Below are positions 33,441 through 38,672 of a stretch of DNA of 38,672 nucleotides, in pieces (within the stretch, counting starts at the first letter, position 1; every line of letters starts with the position of its first letter). This stretch comes from Octopus sinensis (lineage: Eukaryota), in contig NW_021835768.1 in NCBI RefSeq assembly GCF_006345805.1, positions 1-38,672 of the forward strand, given 5' to 3'. A program made the translations under genes and the position numbers. Under the pieces are notes generated by a model. It saw nothing but the letters and a program-made list of their open reading frames with translations, was not told where the DNA came from and ran no database searches.

Positions 33441-34189
33441 CTAGTTGAGTATTGCGATCAATGTAAACAACTCACCCCGTTTCCCCGAAATTGCTGGCTT
33501 TGTGCCAAAATTTGAAATCAATATTTTCGCAATGGATGCGCAGAGGCAAGTGTTGAGCAAAATGAAAAAAATTAACTTCTTTATTAGACTTTCTTTTATT
33601 CTTTTTTACTCTTTCGATCTTTTTACTCTTTCGTTTTTCTCTCTTTCTCTCTCTTATTATTTTACCTCCTCTTCTCCCACTATTCTATCCTTTTACTCTG
33701 TCACTCTCTCTCCCTTATTCCTCCTCCTTCGGTCACGTGGCCATCACGTGACCATCAGCCATCTTTCTTTTTTCTCCTAACTTCTGTTTCTTTCTCTCCG
33801 TTGTAGCTGGAACAAGGAAGATTCGTTCTTGTCTGTCTCCTGTCCAAGCTTGATTTACGCGTTCGCCACTACAGTCTCGTTTAGGCTGAGCAGCCCTTCC
33901 TGTTTCATTTCATTGTCCTGTTTGTGTTACCAGTTTTGACCCTCCGCAAAATCCCAAATTTTATTTAATTTGCTTTGCGGGAGCAACTGTTTTATCGAAA
34001 GCGTATGTTGTTGTTAAATGCTCGAAATACGAGAGTAGAAAAACAACCAACAACTGATGGAGGGTCGTTCTTTATATTGTTTGTCTTGTTTTCTATTTGT
34101 GTTTTTCATTGTTCGAAAAAACAGTTCGTATTCCATATACTCGTACTTCGTATTTTTGTTGCACCCGTTTCCTGACATCCTGTGCTCAC

Positions 34190-34460
34190 ATACACACACA
34201 CACACACACCACACACACACACACATCTATATATATATACATATAGGTTTATGTACATATATATGCATATGTAAATACATATATTATATATATATATATA
34301 TATGTATGTATGTGTATATATATATATATGTATATATATGCATATATATATGTATATATATGCATATATATCTATGTATGTCCTCTCTCTCTCTCTCTAT
34401 ATATATATATTATATATATATATATATATATAGTGTGCGTGTGCACCTGTGTGTGTGTGC
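34190..34460. repeat. (CA)n/(TA)n/(TC)n compound microsatellite
   Basis: Direct reading. Confidence 0.9.
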
Positions 34461-34473
34461 ATGCATTGTGTCG

Positions 34474-34716
34474 TGGCACTCCGTCGGTTACGACGACAAG
34501 GGTTCCAGTTGATCCAATCAACGGTATAGCCTGCCCGTGAAATTAACATGCAAGTGATTGAAGCACTCCACAGACACGTGTACCCTTAACGTAGTTCTCG
34601 GGGAGCTTTGGGTGTTTTCGCTCAGTAAACACTCATAACGCCCGGTCTGGGGAATCGAAACCGCGATCCTAAGACCGCGTGTCCACTACCCTAACCACTG
34701 TGCCATTGCACCTCCA
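34474..34716 (-). mobile_element. SINE family A with an internal deletion
   Basis: Reverse-complement match to the head and tail of 263-620. The central segment is missing. Confidence 0.8.
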
Positions 34717-34874
34717 TACGCATTGTGTATACCTTTACCGTATGACGAATACACACCTGCACACGTGTCAATACCATACCATCACCATACGACAACCAGT
34801 TCCATAACCCAATAAAATGACAGATGTATTATCTGAAGATAAAAGTTAATAAAATGACAGCTTTTAGCGTGACA

Positions 34875-34946
34875 GGTTCTGTGGTGTAGTGGTTATCACG
34901 TCTGCTTCACACGCAGAAGGCCGCGAGTTCGAACCTCGCCAGAACC
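34875..34946 (+). tRNA. tRNA-Val-CAC: tRNA-Val(CAC) on a TAC-type body
   Basis: GGTTCTGTGGTGTAGTGGTTATCACGTCTGCTTCACACGCAGAAGGCCGCGAGTTCGAACCTCGCCAGAACC. Perfect stems; T4 and T8 terminators follow. Confidence 0.95.
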
Positions 34947-35211
34947 TTCCAGTTGCTTTTCCTTTTTTTTGCCTCTTGACGTTTTTATAACCACGGAGGA
35001 GCTGCAATCAAGCAAATCTGAGACCAGAAGCACCCTAATTCTGACTACTCCTTATTTTACAATTCATTTTAGACTTCATTAACCTGATTTCTTGAAAGTC
35101 GAATATTTTCAGTTTTTTTTATTGTTCCTGTGTGGTGTGTGTCGAGACACTTTCACACTTGATAATGATAATAATAATAATAATAATCAGAATAATTGTT
35201 CCTACTATACG

Positions 35212-35398
35212 TACAGGGCCTGAAACTTTGAGAAAAGGGGTTTACCCGATTTCATTGATCCTAGTGTTCAACTGGTATTTACTTTATCGACCCCGAAAGG
35301 ATGAAAGGCACAGTCGACCTCGGCAGAATTTGAACTCCGAACGTAAAGAGCCGAAAGATATACCGTGAAGTGTTTTGTCCGGCGTACTAATGGTTCTA
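35212..35398 (-). mobile_element. SINE family C (tail 2 type)
   Basis: Reverse-complement match to the other family C copies. Confidence 0.8.
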
Positions 35399-35507
35399 AA
35401 TCAATGAAACTGAAGAAACGGTGCGCGTGTACATTAAACGGCTATTATGACTCTACCACGTTGTAACAGTTTTAAGATTTATACGGATGTAAATCAGCCT
35501 TTGGGGG

Positions 35508-35923
35508 TACTCTTTACTCTTTTACTTGTTTCAGTCATTTGACTGTGGCCATGCTGGAGCACCGCCTTTAGTCGAGCAAATCAACCCCAGGACTTATTCT
35601 TTGGAAGCCCAGTACTTATTCTATCGGTTCTTTTGCCGAATCGCTAAGTTACGGAGACGTAAACATACCAGCATCGGTTGTCAAGCGATGTTAGGGGGAC
35701 AAACACAGACACACAAACATATACACACACACACATATATATATATATACATACATATATACGACGGTCTTCTTTCGGTTTCCGTCTACCAAATCCACTC
35801 ACAAGGCTTTGGTCGGCCCGAGGCTAGAGTAGAAGACACTTACCCAAGGTGCCACGCAGTGGGACTGAACCCTGAACCATGTGGTTGGTAAACAAGCTAC
35901 TTACCACACAGCCACTCCTACGC
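35508..35923 (-). mobile_element. SINE family B (full length)
   Basis: Reverse-complement match to 1206-1598. Confidence 0.9.
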
Positions 35924-36428
35924 ACATTTACATATACATACGCACATACATATGCACACACACACACATACGTATATATGCATACACACATACACACACG
36001 CACATACATCCGCAAACACATCTGCACACACTTCCTCATACCATATTCCAATCACCAAAGCTTTGCTCCACTCAAAGCCATCGTACAAGACCCCACCCCA
36101 CAATCATGAACCAGCGAAACGCCTTTCTTAGTCATACAACCCCCAATTAATTCTTTTATTTCATCGACCTACACCAGAAGAACGACAGCCATCGACATAG
36201 CCCGGTAAGGATCGAACCCAGAACCCAAAAGGAACGAACAAGATGAAATGACACCGATGTATGTCTGTCGGCGAGTTTACCAATCTTCATAGAATTCAAC
36301 TCGAAACGGCCATCATGACCACAGATCAATACCACAACATCAACAGGCGACTGAAAAAATCAATGTCGTATGAGAACAATATTAAAAATAGGTTAAAACA
36401 TACAAAAATGGACGGCTGTGCTATCAAG

Positions 36429-36500
36429 GGTTCTGTGGTGTAGTGGTTATCACGTCTGCTTTACACGCAGAAGGTCGTGAGTTCGATCCTCACCAGAACC
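36429..36500 (+). tRNA. tRNA-Val-TAC: tRNA-Val(TAC)
   Basis: Perfect cloverleaf, identical to 28424-28495. T5 terminator 8 nt downstream. Confidence 0.97.
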
Positions 36501-36669
36501 TGCTAATATTTTTGTACTATGGATTCCCTTTGTTTCGTTTCTTAAAAGCAAGGTCTACCTTTTGAGTCTACGACTGTTTCCTTTTTTTATCATATGTAAC
36601 TGTTTTTATTACCGTCGGGAGTGTAATTGAAGAGAAGTGGTCGCATACACATGGTCTGTCGGTGTCTGA

Positions 36670-36673
36670 CTGC

Positions 36674-36706
<33 letters not shown>

Positions 36707-36752
36707 TTTTTCCTTATCTTTCTCTGTCTCTGTCTCTCTTTCCTTCTCTTTC

Positions 36753-36818
<66 letters not shown>

Positions 36819-36846
36819 GTCTCCGTCACTCTCTTTTTTTTTTTTT
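36670..36846. repeat. (TC)n/(TGTC)n/poly-T tract
   Basis: Direct reading. Confidence 0.9.
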
Positions 36847-36989
36847 GAAATTATTAGGTTGTGAAGAAAAGCGTTCATCAACCTTTAAATTTTTGGAAGT
36901 TCTTGCAAATTTTCGAAGTCTTAGATATTGTGATTATTTGTAGCGTATCAATAAGGATTTGCGTTCTCTCCACAAGACCCCAAGACCCC

Positions 36990-37270
36990 AAAACCCCAAG
37001 ATCGGCCTAACTTTGGTCCAGACGGGTCAGTATGTATCTTGTTGCTCCAATAATAATAGGCATAAAGCTAAAAGCGCATCTTGGGCACAGGATTTGCAAA
37101 CTCCTCATCAATGGTCCGTAAATGTTCCCTTTCTCTCATATTTTTCTAACCACATTGGTGACCAGTGGGCAGCTGATTTCCACAACAGAACATATCTTTT
37201 CTTTGTGGCCCCACGCAGCAATATCTGGCCGTTGGTGCTTTAACTTGGTGGCTGTTTTGAATTTTAACTT
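36990..37270 (-). pseudogene. decayed restriction-like endonuclease (RLE) domain of an R2/R4(Dong)/NeSL/CRE-type non-LTR retrotransposon
   Basis: Minus strand translates KLKHQRPDIAAWGHKEKICSVVEISCPLVTNVVRKI*EKGNIYGPLMRSLQILCP...FMPIII/GATRY. This fits the RPD-x(12-14)-E-x-x-x-P...K-x-x-K-x-x-Y PD-(D/E)xK-type pattern. Confidence 0.8.
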
Positions 37271-37354
37271 TTACTAATATTGTTTTGACACACAAGCCTC
37301 GATTCAGTCAACTTCCTCTGTAGGTGTTTTGTTAGTATGTATGTATGTATGTAT

Positions 37355-37682
37355 GTGAAGGCGCATGGCTCAGTGGTTAGATCGTCGAGCTTACGATCGT
37401 AAGGTTGTGAGTTCGAATCCCGGACCGGGCTGCGTGTTGTGTTTTTGAGCAAGACACTTTATTTCACGTTGCTCCAGTTCACTCAGCTGTAGAAATGAAT
37501 CACAGGTGCCAAGCTGTATCGGCCGTTGCCTTTCCCTTGGATAACACTGGTGGCGTGGAGAGGGAAGGCCGGTATGCATGGGCGACTGCTGGTCTTCCAT
37601 AAACAACCTTGTCCGGACTTATACCCGGGAGGGTAACTTTCTAGGTGCAATCCCACGGTCAGTCATGACTGAAGGGGGTCTC
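37355..37682 (+). mobile_element. tRNA-derived CORE-like SINE, family D (full length)
   Basis: A box TGGCTCAGTGG and B box GAGTTCGAATCC, followed by the CORE-like TTGAGCAAGACACTT...CACTCAGCTGTAGAAATG. Confidence 0.85.
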
Positions 37683-37727
37683 AGCAGCAATATATATATG
37701 TCTCTTCTATTTTTTAATTATTCTTTT

Positions 37728-38047
37728 CTTCTCTAGGCACAAGGCCTGAAATTTTGTGGGGAGGGGACCAGTCGATTATATCGATCCCAGTACGCAACTG
37801 GTACTTAATTTATCGACCCCGAAAGGATGAAAGGCAAAGTCGATCTCGGCTGAATTTGAACTCAGAACGTAGCGGCAGACGGAATACCTATTTCTTTCTT
37901 ATCCACTAGGGGCTAAACACAGAGGGGACAAACAAGAACAGACAAACGGATTAATTCGATTATATCGACCCCATTGCGTAACTGGTATTTATTTAATCGA
38001 CCCCCTAAAGGATGAAAAGCAAAGTCGACCTCGGCGGAATTTGAGCT
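37728..38047 (-). mobile_element. dimeric SINE family C (5'-truncated)
   Basis: Minus strand order is body, tail 1, GGTATTCCGTCTG second body, tail 2. Same layout as 9116-10803. Confidence 0.85.
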
Positions 38048-38672
38048 CCTCTCCAAAAATTTCGGGGCTTATGCCTAGAGTAGAAAAGATTTCTTGCCAA
38101 TAGAGAAAGAGCCAGTTTCTAACCTAGATCCAAGGCTCCTTCATTGGAATTTCAACATCAACAACAGAATATTTTTGAATGTATGTATGCATATGTGTAG
38201 ATTTGTATGTTCTATGTATGTATTCTCAAGCATATAGTTACGTATCTAGACATGCTCATATATATTTTAAATGATAAACTTCTGGAAAGTTTTACAGATT
38301 TTTACAGTTCCAGCGATGGACTGGATCTGCATATATGTATGTATGTATGTATATGTGTGTATACATAATCATTCTATTCGTTATGTGGTGGTTTACTTTT
38401 ATAAATCTTATTTCGCAATTACAAACATTCACAATTCCCGACTCTCTTCGTTGTCAGTCGATCCTGCGACATCTTTGGCTGAAACAATACAACAGACGAA
38501 ACTAAGCGAGACGGACAGTGATTATTAGTCGCACAAAACCATCCAATCTCTTCCCACCACCTTCGTTCCCTTTCTCTCCCTCTCTCTCTCCCTCTCTCTA
38601 CTCATACAGGAAGGCAACACACCGTAATCTTTCTGTCAATTTAGAGAGAGAACAACTTCAAAATCAGTCAAA

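Noticed and set aside
36265-36312. GAGTT...AACTC-GAAACGGC hammerhead-like 3' half
   Set aside because: The upstream core reads CTGTCGGC, too far from CUGANGA, and the cleavage-site U is missing.

Overview
This is repeat-saturated eukaryotic DNA. The microsatellite density and SINE families resemble an octopod (Octopus-like) genome, but the species assignment is inference. I found no host protein-coding exon I can support; almost all long entries in the ORF track are translations of simple repeats. The supported functional content is a dispersed cluster of seven tRNA-Val genes (26.4-36.5 kb). Five read TAC and two read CAC, all are built on the TAC-type scaffold, and all have T at the discriminator position. 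An orphan 3' fragment of an eighth copy lies at 20.1 kb. Mobile DNA includes a full-length DD34D mariner with two 1-bp frameshifts nested in a SINE, a second mariner remnant, a hAT MITE with an 8-bp TSD, and a pogo/Tigger MITE and transposase remnant. There are also two inverted RTE-LINE 3' ends (one with a triplicated 100-bp 3' UTR), an RLE-endonuclease remnant, a 557-bp element embedded in (AAT)n, and many tRNA-derived SINEs. The best candidate for something under-described is a pair of minimal hammerhead-ribozyme-like motifs in Penelope-type repeat tails. I cannot establish from sequence alone that any of this is a new biological system.
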